Positions 10,848 through 20,494 of a stretch of DNA of 64,000 bases are shown here, in pieces (the stretch's first letter is position 1; each line of letters opens with the position of its first letter). The notes under the pieces are model-generated. The model did not search any database. It saw nothing but the letters and a program-made list of their open reading frames with translations, and had not been told where the DNA came from. A program made the position numbers and the translations under genes. This DNA comes from Nitrospirota bacterium (GTDB lineage Bacteria; Nitrospirota; UBA9217), in assembly GCA_963740085.1 (NCBI GenBank), contig CAVUCU010000003.1, positions 1 through 64,000 on the forward strand, read 5' to 3'.

Positions 10848-11384
10848 ATGGCTCTATGGCTTGTGGACCCTGATCATTCAGTTGCGGCATTTTCCGTCGT
10901 CCACATGATGATCGCCCACGTTCGGGGCCAGTTCAACAAGATCAGCGGGACTGTTTATTTTGATCCTTTGAATATCAATGCCTCTTCAGTGGAACTCGTC
11001 ATTGATGTCGCAAGCATTTATACGGGGATACGGAAACGTGACGACCACCTGAGAAGTTCTGATTTTTTCAATGTCGATACGTGCCCCACCATGTCGTTTA
11101 AAAGCACCCGCATCGAATCAGCGAATGACGATCTGGTACAGGTGACCGGCGACCTGCGAATACACGGCATAACGCGTCGGATTACGGTCCCGGCACTGTT
11201 GTCAGGACCGGTAAAAGATCCCTTTGGCGACGGATCAAGCATGGGCTTTACCGCATCATTCGTAATAAACCGCGAAGACTATGGCATAACATGGAACCAG
11301 CCAATGGCTGATAACGGGTTCATGGTCAGCTCTGAAGTCGATATCTTCATCGATATGGAAGCGGATCTGGACTCGACAGAATGA
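10848..11384 (+). CDS. YceI family lipid/polyisoprenoid-binding protein
   Basis: VDPDHS.AAFSVVHMMIAHVRGQF, RDDHLRSSDFF, GDLRIHGIT, REDYGITWN. Confidence 0.92.
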   Translation: MALWLVDPDHSVAAFSVVHMMIAHVRGQFNKISGTVYFDPLNINASSVELVIDVASIYTGIRKRDDHLRSSDFFNVDTCPTMSFKSTRIESANDDLVQVTGDLRIHGITRRITVPALLSGPVKDPFGDGSSMGFTASFVINREDYGITWNQPMADNGFMVSSEVDIFIDMEADLDSTE

Positions 11385-11414
11385 CAATGAAAACGGACAG
11401 GACGGTGTGGAATC

Positions 11415-12779
11415 GTGAAAGCGTATGATGTAGTCGTCATCGGCGCGGGTGACGCAGGGCTGGGAATAGCTTTTAAAGCCCTCTCAGGCGGCCTGAAGGT
11501 CGCACTGATCGACAAGGGAACCGTGGGGGGAACCTGCATCAACACTGGTTGCGTGCCCTCTAAAACACTTATTACCGCTGCAGACAGATTCGTTGAGTCC
11601 GTGGAAAATTCAAAACTCGGCATTCGTTCTAAAACGAGAGAAGTGGACTTCAACGCGGTCATGAAGCGGATGAGAAGCGCCGTCACCAATGGGAGAAACG
11701 CCATTCGACAGGCTATGAAAACGTCCAGAAATCTCGATTTCATACACAATGAAGCCCATTTTATGGATGAACATACAATTGAAGCCGGAGGTCGCTCTAT
11801 CAGAGGGGGGAAGATTTTCATCGCAACCGGTGCGCGGCCTTCGATCCCTCCGATACCGGGACTTGATGCAATTCACTACCTGACGAATGAAAGCGTCCTG
11901 CGGCTTGAACACAAACCTGAAAGCATGATCTTTGTCGGGGGCGGATTTATCTCGCTTGAATATGCGCACTTTTTCTCAGCCCTTGGCGTGAAAGTTTCGA
12001 TCATTGAGAAACACGCGGCGCTCCTGCGTTTTGGCGAGCCGGAGATCTCTGAATTGCTGAAAAACAAATTGGGGCAACGGGTCAAACTGCATCTGGGTTT
12101 CGAGACAAGGGCTGTCCGACGCACCGTCAAGGGTCATGCCGTAATGGTAAAAGATCTCAATACCGGCCGGAAAAAAGAGCTCGTCGCGCAGGCAGTGGTC
12201 GTTTCCACGGGCAGAACCTCCAACACAGACCTGCTGGGACCTGAACACGCGGGGATCAAGACCGATGAGGCCAATTTCATCAAGGTTGACGACTATCTTC
12301 GGACGAATAAAAAACATATTTGGGCAATCGGGGATGCCATCGGCGGGACAATGTTCACCCATGCAGCGGACAAAGAGGCTGAATTGGCATGGAACAATGC
12401 GACACAGAGAAAAAAAATAAGAATGGATTTTGCACAGGTACCCTATGCGGTCTATACTCATCCCCAAATAGCATCGGTGGGCCTCACAGAACAACAGGCC
12501 CGAAAACACTACAAAATACTTGTTGGCCGCGCCTCGTATTCCGATACGGTAATGGGAACAGCGATGATGGAGCGTGAGGGTTTTGCAAAGGCTGTCGTCG
12601 AAAGGGGCACCGGGAAAATACTGGGATTTCACATCATCGGTCCGCATGCAGCAATGCTCATTCAGGAGGTCATCAATGCCATGCTAAACAAAGCCGATGT
12701 GAAGTCCATAACCGGATGTATGCATATATTCCCGGCACTTTCAAATATCATTCCGGAAACGTTCAATAATCTCAGATAA
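11415..12779 (+). CDS. Class I pyridine nucleotide-disulfide oxidoreductase (DLD/MerA-like)
   Basis: GAGDAG, GGTCINTGCVPSK redox disulfide, GGGFIS, AIGDA; C-terminal HIFPALSN. Confidence 0.88.
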   Translation: MKAYDVVVIGAGDAGLGIAFKALSGGLKVALIDKGTVGGTCINTGCVPSKTLITAADRFVESVENSKLGIRSKTREVDFNAVMKRMRSAVTNGRNAIRQAMKTSRNLDFIHNEAHFMDEHTIEAGGRSIRGGKIFIATGARPSIPPIPGLDAIHYLTNESVLRLEHKPESMIFVGGGFISLEYAHFFSALGVKVSIIEKHAALLRFGEPEISELLKNKLGQRVKLHLGFETRAVRRTVKGHAVMVKDLNTGRKKELVAQAVVVSTGRTSNTDLLGPEHAGIKTDEANFIKVDDYLRTNKKHIWAIGDAIGGTMFTHAADKEAELAWNNATQRKKIRMDFAQVPYAVYTHPQIASVGLTEQQARKHYKILVGRASYSDTVMGTAMMEREGFAKAVVERGTGKILGFHIIGPHAAMLIQEVINAMLNKADVKSITGCMHIFPALSNIIPETFNNLR

Positions 12780-12824
12780 CACCCGACCATTCACACCACT
12801 GTCTATTGCCTATAAAAACTCGTT

Positions 12825-14081
12825 CTAACCAGCATGCACGGTCATTTTCGGAACCAGCAGTTCCCTGAACGCCTTGATGAGACGCCCGTTGTCCCACCAT
12901 GTCCGCACCGTGATCCTGATATAGCGTCCGTCGAGTCCAGTGAAGGAAGAACAGTCCCGAACAAATATCCCGCGTTCTCCGAGTTTGCCGATGAACGTCG
13001 GCACATCAATGGCAGTGACTTTGATGAGTATGAAATTTGAAGAGCAGGGAAAGGTTTCCACTCCGGGAAGTATCCTGAAGGCCGAAAAAAGTCGGTCGCG
13101 CTCTTTCTCTATCAACCGGCGCGTCTTTTTGATATATGGCCAATCACCCAGGACCGCTATCGCTGCCCGTTCTGCGGGAATGCTCACCGTCCACGGTTCC
13201 TGCGCGTCACGCAAGACCGCAATGGTCTTCTCATCGGACACGGCGTATCCGATCCGGAGTCCCGGCATGCCGAAGAATGCGGTAAAGGCCCTCAGACAGA
13301 TGAGGTGGGACGATTCCACGGCTTCTTTGATGATTGAATCGGAGTCCATGAGCTCAAAGTCCATGAATGCTTCATCAACCACCAGTCGCACCCCGTGCTG
13401 GAGCGCAAACCGCACGATCTCGAGCATTTCCGACTTGGGGACGATCCGGCCGGTCGGGTTGTTCGGATTGCAGAGAAAGGCCATATCCGCATCTTTGAGC
13501 GCAAAGGACATCTCCAGGGGGTCCACCCGGAAACCCTCACGCTCCAGGAGAGAAAACGGAATAACCTCTCCACCCGCGTCTTCGACCGCAACAGCGTATT
13601 CCGAAAAGGTCGGGAATGGTATCAATACCTTCTTCGGTCTGAACACGCGCGGGATGAGGTGGATGAGAGCATTCGATCCATTGCCACATACGACATGACC
13701 GGATTTTATGCCGAAATACCGCGCGATCGCCGAGCGCAGCTCGCGCATGTCAGGGTCGGGATAGCGGCCGATGGATGAAATCGCCCTTTTCGCCGCCCGT
13801 TTTGCGACCGACGACGGCCCCAGGGGATTCACGCTCGAACTGAAGTCGAGGATCTTGTTCTCCGCATAACCGTAGCGCCGTGCCGCCTCGTAGATATTTC
13901 CACCGTGGGTTCGAGTCCTCTTCTGAGCGGCCACATCGGCGCTTACCGTCGTGGGGCTGTCTGTTTCCGTATTCTGCACCGCAGGTGTCCCCTTCCCTTT
14001 TGGAATGCGAATCGCGAATTGAAATTCAAGGGGCAGTTGTTTCTCCTTCCGCAATTCGCCTTCCTTCTGCCTAACATCCAT
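12825..14081 (-). CDS. CobD/HisC-like class I/II PLP-fold protein lacking the Schiff-base Lys (true start may be near 13934)
   Basis: HGGNIY, LDFSSSVNPLG, GNGS, CNPNNPTG, VDEAFMDF, RAFTAFFGMPGLRIGY, RDCSSFTGL. Confidence 0.85.
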   Translation of the reverse strand: MDVRQKEGELRKEKQLPLEFQFAIRIPKGKGTPAVQNTETDSPTTVSADVAAQKRTRTHGGNIYEAARRYGYAENKILDFSSSVNPLGPSSVAKRAAKRAISSIGRYPDPDMRELRSAIARYFGIKSGHVVCGNGSNALIHLIPRVFRPKKVLIPFPTFSEYAVAVEDAGGEVIPFSLLEREGFRVDPLEMSFALKDADMAFLCNPNNPTGRIVPKSEMLEIVRFALQHGVRLVVDEAFMDFELMDSDSIIKEAVESSHLICLRAFTAFFGMPGLRIGYAVSDEKTIAVLRDAQEPWTVSIPAERAAIAVLGDWPYIKKTRRLIEKERDRLFSAFRILPGVETFPCSSNFILIKVTAIDVPTFIGKLGERGIFVRDCSSFTGLDGRYIRITVRTWWDNGRLIKAFRELLVPKMTVHAG

Positions 14082-15835
14082 TACAGTTCCGCTGCCAGAT
14101 CGGGGAACCGTTCTTCCATAAAGTTTTCAGCCGTTTTTCTGGCCAATGCGGCTGTGGGCTGCTGCATGACGAGCGACGCAAGTTCGACGGCATCCTGCAT
14201 GCGGACCGATCTGACCACCTTTTTTACCCAGGGGATCGAGGCCACGTTCATGCTCAGGTGTTGGAACCCCATCCCGAGAAGGATCGCGGCGTAGAGCGGA
14301 TCGCCTGCCATTTCGCCGCACATTGCAAGCGTAATGTTCGCCTGGTGCGCGGCGACGGACACACGCTCGAGCAGACGGAGCACGGCAGGATCGAGCGGCT
14401 CGTACATATATGCCACGTGCTCGTTCAGTCGGTCGATCGCAAGTGTGTACTGGATCAGATCGTTCGTGCCCACGCTGAAGAAACTGGCTTCACGGGCGAG
14501 AAGGTCGGCGATCATGGCGGCTGACGGTATCTCTATCATAACGCCGATCTGAACGTTCTCGTTGAACGCCTTGCCTTCTGCCCTGAGTTCCGCCTTCACT
14601 GTCTCCATGATCTTTTTGGTCTCATACAATTCGGGCAGACCGGAGATCATCGGAAGAAGGATCTTGATGTTCCCGTGGGCCGTCGCCCTGAGGAGACCGC
14701 GCAGCTGGACCGTAAAGATATCGCGGTTCTGGAGGCAGAAGCGAATCGCGCGCAACCCGAGAGCCGGGTTCGCCTCCTTGTCGAAACCGCCGAGCAAGCC
14801 GATCTTGTCCCCGCCCACGTCGAGCGTGCGGATCACGACCTCATGGGGGGCGGCCTTCTCCACTACATGACGGTATGCTTTGTAATGCTCCTCCTCGGTC
14901 GGCAGGGTCGTCCTGTTCAGGAACAGGAATTCCGTGCGGTAGAGACCGATGCCGGTACCGCCGTGGTCCGCCGCGGATGCTACTTCCTCCGGCAGTTCGA
15001 TATTGCCCTGGAGCTGGACCACATGGCCGTCAAGGGTCTCGGCAGGAAGCGACTTCAACTTTTCGAGATCCTGTTCGAAGTACTTGTATTTCTGCTGCTT
15101 CTTCAGGTAGTCGAGAAACGTCTCTTCTTCGGGACCAACGATCACGACGCCGTGAATACCGTCAAGGATGACCACGTCGCCGGTCTTGACCGTTTTCGTG
15201 ATGTTCTCGAGGCCGACTGTTGCGGGGATACCGAGTGATCGCGCAAGGATCGCAGTATGCGACGTCCGGCTCCCGGCATCGGTGGCGAACCCGAGGATCT
15301 TGTCCTTCCGCATCATAAGGGTATCGGTCGGTGCGAGGTCATGAGCTATGATTATGGCCTCTTCATTGATGTCGGCAAGGCTCTCCTGCTTATAACCGAC
15401 GAGATTGCGGAGGACACGCTCTCCGACCTGATCCACATCCTGCTTGCGCTCGCGCAGATACTCGTCCTCGATCGTGTCGAACTTAAGCCCGATCGCGTTG
15501 ATCGTTTCCTTGAGCGCGCCTTCGGCATTCAGATACAGCTCCTTAATACGCTTGATTGTGCCCTCAACAAGCATTTTGTCTTCGAGCAGCATGATGTGTG
15601 TTTCAAGAATGTAGCGGTGGGTCTTGCCGAGGCCCTTGGCGAAGCGCTTTTTCAGGTCCTCAAGCTGGGACTTGGATATTTCCACCGCCTTCTTGAACCG
15701 CGCCACCTCGTCCTTGATGCTGACTTCCTCGATCGTCCGTCCCGCCACCACCACCCTGCGACGGTCAAGGAGGTACGCCCTGCCGATCACGATGCCGGGC
15801 GACGCCACAATGCCTCTGTAGATTTTTTCGTGCAT
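14081..15835 (-). CDS. ptsI: PTS enzyme I (PEP-protein phosphotransferase)
   Basis: GSRTSHTAILAR (phospho-His), GLYRTEFLF, RTLDVGGDK, SVGTNDLIQY, MCGEMAGD. Confidence 0.97.
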   Translation of the reverse strand: MHEKIYRGIVASPGIVIGRAYLLDRRRVVVAGRTIEEVSIKDEVARFKKAVEISKSQLEDLKKRFAKGLGKTHRYILETHIMLLEDKMLVEGTIKRIKELYLNAEGALKETINAIGLKFDTIEDEYLRERKQDVDQVGERVLRNLVGYKQESLADINEEAIIIAHDLAPTDTLMMRKDKILGFATDAGSRTSHTAILARSLGIPATVGLENITKTVKTGDVVILDGIHGVVIVGPEEETFLDYLKKQQKYKYFEQDLEKLKSLPAETLDGHVVQLQGNIELPEEVASAADHGGTGIGLYRTEFLFLNRTTLPTEEEHYKAYRHVVEKAAPHEVVIRTLDVGGDKIGLLGGFDKEANPALGLRAIRFCLQNRDIFTVQLRGLLRATAHGNIKILLPMISGLPELYETKKIMETVKAELRAEGKAFNENVQIGVMIEIPSAAMIADLLAREASFFSVGTNDLIQYTLAIDRLNEHVAYMYEPLDPAVLRLLERVSVAAHQANITLAMCGEMAGDPLYAAILLGMGFQHLSMNVASIPWVKKVVRSVRMQDAVELASLVMQQPTAALARKTAENFMEERFPDLAAEL

Positions 15836-15926
15836 TATTCTTGTTCCTATCCTCCGACCCTTGAGTGACTCGACTGCACTCGTCCAAGTCTCCGAACTCC
15901 CAACAATATACCCGGTACGCCGGACA

Positions 15927-16196
15927 TCACTCTTTTTCTCCGAACTTGTTCCTGAAGAGGTTTTCCATCTGCTCCACCGCGCGATTCTCGTCTTCTCCAT
16001 TCGCATGAAGCATAATTGTGCTCCCTTTGGCCGCGGCAAGCATCATGATACCCATGATGCTCTTGCCGTCCACCTCGAGACCGTCCTTGACAAGCGTGAT
16101 CTTGGACACGAATGCGCCGGCGCACTTCACGATCTGGGCCGCGGCCCGCGCATGGAGTCCCAACTTATTCTCGATCAACAGCTCTTTTCTCTTCAT
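15927..16196 (-). CDS. ptsH: Phosphocarrier HPr
   Basis: NKLGLHARAA (His15) and DGKSIMG (Ser46). Confidence 0.96.
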   Translation of the reverse strand: MKRKELLIENKLGLHARAAAQIVKCAGAFVSKITLVKDGLEVDGKSIMGIMMLAAAKGSTIMLHANGEDENRAVEQMENLFRNKFGEKE

Positions 16197-16975
16197 CCAA
16201 TGACTCCCGCGTAGGCCAGGGCAATACAGAGCGCCGCCAGCCCCAGCATAAGTTTTATCGGCGAACCGCCGTGCCGCAGAATCGCAACCAGGCCCAGGGT
16301 GACAACCAGCCAAACGAGCGCCGTCGGCAGGATGGATGCACTAACGCCCGGTTGGAACTCCGCGCTCCAGTCCGGGACCATTCCGATAGTACCTCCGAGA
16401 ACGGCAAGTGTGGTCCGCTTTAACCGTTTTGCCATGTTCATCAAGCTGTGCCGGCCCATGAGCGCCATCGCATCACCGCCGCTCCGGTAACCCCAGAACA
16501 GCATGCCGGCCCTGAGGCCTACATGCCAAACATTGTAGAATACCAGGAACAGGAGCGGCGCCCACCAGTGCCCGGTCATGAGCAGCGCGACGGCCAAGAC
16601 TGACGCTAACGGCTTGAGCGCACCCCAGAAGAAGGTATCGCCGAGCGCGCCAAGCGGCGCAGCAAGCGCCGCCTTCAAATTGGAGACGTCTTGACTTGCG
16701 TTCCGGCCTGCTGCCCGGTCCTCCTCCATTCTGACAACCGCGCCCAGGATGAAAGAAGCAAGGTACGGTTGGGTGTTGAAATACTCCAGATGGATCCGCA
16801 GCCGGGATTCGTACTCGGCCTGGTCCGGATAGAGTTTTCTGAGCACCGGTTCGATGGCAAACGCGAAACCGAGCGACTGCATGCGCTCGTAGCTCCATGA
16901 CGCCTGGATCATCAACGTCCTTCGAAACACTCCGAACAGGTCGGAAACGCGTATTCCCTTATGAACGTCGTTCAC
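16193..16975 (-). CDS. PTS mannose/fructose/sorbose family EIID
   Basis: QASWSYERMQSLGF, HLEYFNTQP, PLGALGDTFFW. Confidence 0.92.
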   Translation of the reverse strand: MNDVHKGIRVSDLFGVFRRTLMIQASWSYERMQSLGFAFAIEPVLRKLYPDQAEYESRLRIHLEYFNTQPYLASFILGAVVRMEEDRAAGRNASQDVSNLKAALAAPLGALGDTFFWGALKPLASVLAVALLMTGHWWAPLLFLVFYNVWHVGLRAGMLFWGYRSGGDAMALMGRHSLMNMAKRLKRTTLAVLGGTIGMVPDWSAEFQPGVSASILPTALVWLVVTLGLVAILRHGGSPIKLMLGLAALCIALAYAGVIG

Positions 16976-17739
16976 GGTATCTGGCCCCCAACCACCCGCC
17001 GGTGACGGTAAGCAGTACGATAACAATCGCCGGGGCATGGAAGAGCATCCCCGCCACCACCGCGATCACGAACCCGCTGAGAAAGAAAAGATCGACCGTT
17101 CTCATGGAAAGTTTACGCACCACCAGCGCCGCCCCGACCAGGGGAAGAAGTTTCACGAACAGGGACATTGCCCCGTGAACACGCTCAGGTAAATGATTGA
17201 ACGACTGATACGGCCGCAATACCCGCCGGCAGGAACACAAGGCACAAGACAAAGGACTTCAGAAAAAATACCGGGAGTCCTGACAGGTGAGCCCGGACCA
17301 GCGCGCGTCTCATGTCCGGTCCAGGAGCAATGACGAGTGCGTCAGCAAGCCGCGAGTTCCAATGTCTGATAATGTCGTCGGCTTTCATGGTTGCGGGCAC
17401 CATCGCCGTAGTCAGGAGAATGCTGAATCCGACGACCGGCAGTGACGAGCCCCCCGGGCTCCCCAGCGCCGCGATCGCTGTTGCGGACACCGTGCTGATC
17501 GTCGCATCTGCGGGTACAAAAGAGCCGATCGGCATATCAAGCACCCAGATGAGCTCAAGAACAGCGCCTATCACAAACCCCGCAACCGCATCACCGAGGA
17601 TCCACCCGGTCAGAGGGCCGGCAACGATGGGTTGCGAGATCATGAACTGACCGACCGCGGTCCGGTCAAGCCCGATGAGTCCGCCGGCCAGTGCGATGCC
17701 CACAATCATGAGGATCATATGCGAATCGAACATCGGCAT
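16959..17739 (-). CDS. PTS mannose-family EIIC, split by a frameshift near 17205
   Basis: GLDRTAVGQFMISQPIVAG..LELIW..PIGSFVP; C-terminal TM helices continue in ORF 16959-17252. Confidence 0.85.
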
Positions 17740-17750
17740 AAAATGTTTTA

Positions 17751-17785
17751 CCTGTACCCTGTACCCTGAACCCTGTATCCTGGTA
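17751..17785. repeat. Heptamer tandem repeat (CCTGTAC x5, degenerate)
   Basis: cctgtac cctgtac cctgaac cctgtat cctggta between EIIB and EIIC. Confidence 0.85.
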
Positions 17786-17790
17786 GTATG

Positions 17791-18276
17791 TTAAACATGG
17801 CAGGTAGTGAATACCTTTTCGAGGGGCACAGGCCGTTGGGTCGGGACCGTCTGGACATTGACCTTGATGCCATTCGCAGCAATCTCTTTGAGTGCCGCCA
17901 GATCCTCATCATTAACCGCAAGCACATCCATGAGCTTGCGTTTTCCCGGTACATAGTGCATCCCCCCGATATTGATCACCTGGCAGTCCAAGCCTGACTT
18001 GATGGCCCGCAGGACATCGGCGGGATTCGAGAACAGCAGGATGATCCGATCGGCATTAAGCGGCGCGGCGCGCAACTGACCGCAGATGTCCTCGACCCGG
18101 CCGATGACAACCCGCAACCCCTGAGGCACGGAGAGTTCCATGATGGAACGCTGGAAGGCATTTGACGCAACCCCGTCGTCGGCAACAAAAATACAGGTCG
18201 CCTTCAGATAATTTACCCAGCCCTCCACGACCTGGCCATGGATCAAACGGTCATCAATGCGGCTCATGACTATCAT
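17791..18276 (-). CDS. PTS mannose-family EIIB
   Basis: RIDDRLIHGQVV, INIGGMH. Confidence 0.95.
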   Translation of the reverse strand: MIVMSRIDDRLIHGQVVEGWVNYLKATCIFVADDGVASNAFQRSIMELSVPQGLRVVIGRVEDICGQLRAAPLNADRIILLFSNPADVLRAIKSGLDCQVINIGGMHYVPGKRKLMDVLAVNDEDLAALKEIAANGIKVNVQTVPTQRPVPLEKVFTTCHV

Positions 18277-18281
18277 AGAAC

Positions 18282-18683
18282 CTACTTTTTCCCCTTCAGC
18301 ATTTGACTTGCTATCACGATGCTTTTCTGCGCCGCCTCCTGGACGAGCCTGGCAAGCTCGGGAAGCGATTTTTCTTCACGGTGGTTCGCGAACTTGATCA
18401 GCATCGAAAGATTGACCCCCGTGACCACTTCGATCGATTCTCCCAGGAACGCGAGGGCGATATTGGAAGGGGTCCCGCCGAACATGTCGGTAAAAAGCAT
18501 GACGCCTTTCTTACGGTCGACCTTTTTAATCGCGGACTGGACCTCGTCCCGGAGCAATTCCGGAGCACTCTCCTGCTTTACGCTGACCGTCGCAACTGCA
18601 TCGACCTTGCCTACGATCATCTCGGCGGCCTTCACCAGCTCTGTGCCCATGTCCTCATGACATACCACCACAAGTCCGATCAT
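18282..18683 (-). CDS. PTS mannose-family EIIA
   Basis: MIGLVVVCH, FTDMFGGTPSN, VTGVNLSML. Confidence 0.93.
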   Translation of the reverse strand: MIGLVVVCHEDMGTELVKAAEMIVGKVDAVATVSVKQESAPELLRDEVQSAIKKVDRKKGVMLFTDMFGGTPSNIALAFLGESIEVVTGVNLSMLIKFANHREEKSLPELARLVQEAAQKSIVIASQMLKGKK

Positions 18684-18700
18684 GATCGAATCTCCTTCCG

Positions 18701-18754
18701 AAGACTGACCAGACAGATCGGACTGATCCGATTGATCAGACTCATTAGACTTTT
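18701..18754. repeat. Nonamer tandem repeat (about CAGACTGAT x6)
   Basis: aagactgac cagacagat cggactgat ccgattgat cagactcat tagactttt between rapZ and EIIA. Confidence 0.8.
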
Positions 18755-19617
18755 CACTCTCCCCTGTCCCGATGTTTAATAATGACATCGTAACCTCGTT
18801 GCCTGAGAAACTCCGCGATCATCAGTGAGACCGCGACCGAACGGTGTCTGCCGCCCGTGCATCCAAACCCGATCGTGAGATAGCTTTTCCCTTCACTCCG
18901 GTAGCGCGGAAGGAGGTACTCGATGAAATTCTGGAGCCTGGCAAGGAACTCCGCGGAATCGGGTTGTGCCATGATATACTCCCTGACCCCCGGATCTTCC
19001 CCGGTGTAGGGCCGGAGCTCAGGCACAAAATGCGGGTTCGGCAGGAACCGCAGATCGAACAGGAGGTCCAGGTCATAGGGAACACCGAATTTGTACCCGA
19101 ACGTGAGCAGGGTAATCACCATGGGCCTGCCGGCATCGCCCGCGGCGTAATGCCGCTCTATCGTCTGGCGAAGATCATGTACCGTATAGTCCGTGGTATC
19201 GATGATCCGGTCAGCCAGTTTTCTGACCTCGGCAAGCGCTGTCCGTTCCCTCCTGATGCCTTCCAATAACGGTGTCGCTCCCCGCGCGAGTGGATGAGGT
19301 CTCCTCGTTTCGCTGAAACGACGCACAATGGCCTGGTCCGACGCATCCAGAAAAAGCATTTCGATGGAGAGACCCTGGGATCTCAACTCGCCGTAAAGGG
19401 CCGGGAACCTTTCGGGGAAGCCTTTTTCCCGGATGTCGATGCCGATAACCGAATGGAATGCCTCCTCCGACCCCCGGGCGAAAACGACGAACGCGGAAAG
19501 CAGCTCGAGAGGGAGGTTGTCCACGCAGTTGAAACCCAGGTCCTCGAAGGCCTTCAGTGTTGCGCTCCGGCCCGAGCCGGAAAGTCCCGTAACGATCACT
19601 AGGTGCGCGCGATTCAT
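18754..19617 (-). CDS. rapZ: RNase adapter RapZ/YvcJ
   Basis: VTGLSGSGRS, CVDNLP, RFSETRRPHPL, DLRFLPNP, GCTGGRHRSV. Confidence 0.96.
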   Translation of the reverse strand: MNRAHLVIVTGLSGSGRSATLKAFEDLGFNCVDNLPLELLSAFVVFARGSEEAFHSVIGIDIREKGFPERFPALYGELRSQGLSIEMLFLDASDQAIVRRFSETRRPHPLARGATPLLEGIRRERTALAEVRKLADRIIDTTDYTVHDLRQTIERHYAAGDAGRPMVITLLTFGYKFGVPYDLDLLFDLRFLPNPHFVPELRPYTGEDPGVREYIMAQPDSAEFLARLQNFIEYLLPRYRSEGKSYLTIGFGCTGGRHRSVAVSLMIAEFLRQRGYDVIIKHRDRGE

Positions 19618-20477
19618 CCCGAAAGCCTCTTTCTGATCTTTTTGTCAAGGTCCCGCGCGGTAAAGATACCGCTTTTTTTCAGCATCTGATTTCTGGCCGC
19701 CACTTCAATGAGCGTGGCCATGTTCCTGCCCGGTTTGACCGGCAGTTTCAGGTAGGGCAGGTTGATCCCGAGGATGCGGTAACGCCGTTCGCGCAGACCA
19801 ATGAGGCTGTATTGATGCCCCTCTTGCCACTCTTCGAGTTCCACGACCAGATCGATCTTGCAAACGCCGATCGCGGCTGATTTTCCGAACAATGCCCTGA
19901 TGTTGATGATCCCGAGCCCCCGGATCTGCAACAGGTCCGTACTCATGTCCGGCGGCCGACCGCTGATCTCGCTGTTCTTCCTTTCCAGGATCACGATATC
20001 GTCGGCGGCAAGCTTGTGTCCGCGGAGCACCAGGTCGAGAGCGGCCTCGCTCTTGCCGACAGCGCTTTCTCCGATGATGAGCGTTCCGAGATCGAAAATG
20101 CGCACGAGCACGCCATGAAGGCTGGTTGTCGACGACAGCTTTTCCAACAAAAGACGTCGAAGGTTCGGCAGGTTTTTACTTTTGAGCACCGGGATCTTCG
20201 ATGCTGACGCCAAATCAAGCAGCTCCTTGCAGGGTTTGCAGCCGCTGAGCAGGATGCACGCGGGTTTCTGTTTCACCAGGGCACGGGCAAGCAGTGTCCG
20301 CTCGTTAACGGAAAGTGAGCACAGGTACGTGATCTGGCTTGGACGAAGATGCATGACGCTCGAGGCAGTCTCCCTCCCTGAACCAGGTGACGAAAGCTCC
20401 GGGGCTGTCATCTGCGCTGACAGAATCTCCCTCCCGAGACCTGCGCGTCCCGCAAGGACCGTCGCGGTTCCCGTCAA
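19614..20477 (-). CDS. hprK: HPr kinase/phosphorylase (start uncertain)
   Basis: LHGVLV, GESAVGKSEAALDLVLRGH.LAADD, IRGLGIINI, PVKPGRN..LIEVAARN. Confidence 0.93.
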   Translation of the reverse strand: MTGTATVLAGRAGLGREILSAQMTAPELSSPGSGRETASSVMHLRPSQITYLCSLSVNERTLLARALVKQKPACILLSGCKPCKELLDLASASKIPVLKSKNLPNLRRLLLEKLSSTTSLHGVLVRIFDLGTLIIGESAVGKSEAALDLVLRGHKLAADDIVILERKNSEISGRPPDMSTDLLQIRGLGIINIRALFGKSAAIGVCKIDLVVELEEWQEGHQYSLIGLRERRYRILGINLPYLKLPVKPGRNMATLIEVAARNQMLKKSGIFTARDLDKKIRKRLSG

Positions 20478-20494
20478 TGCCTCGACAGTAACCT

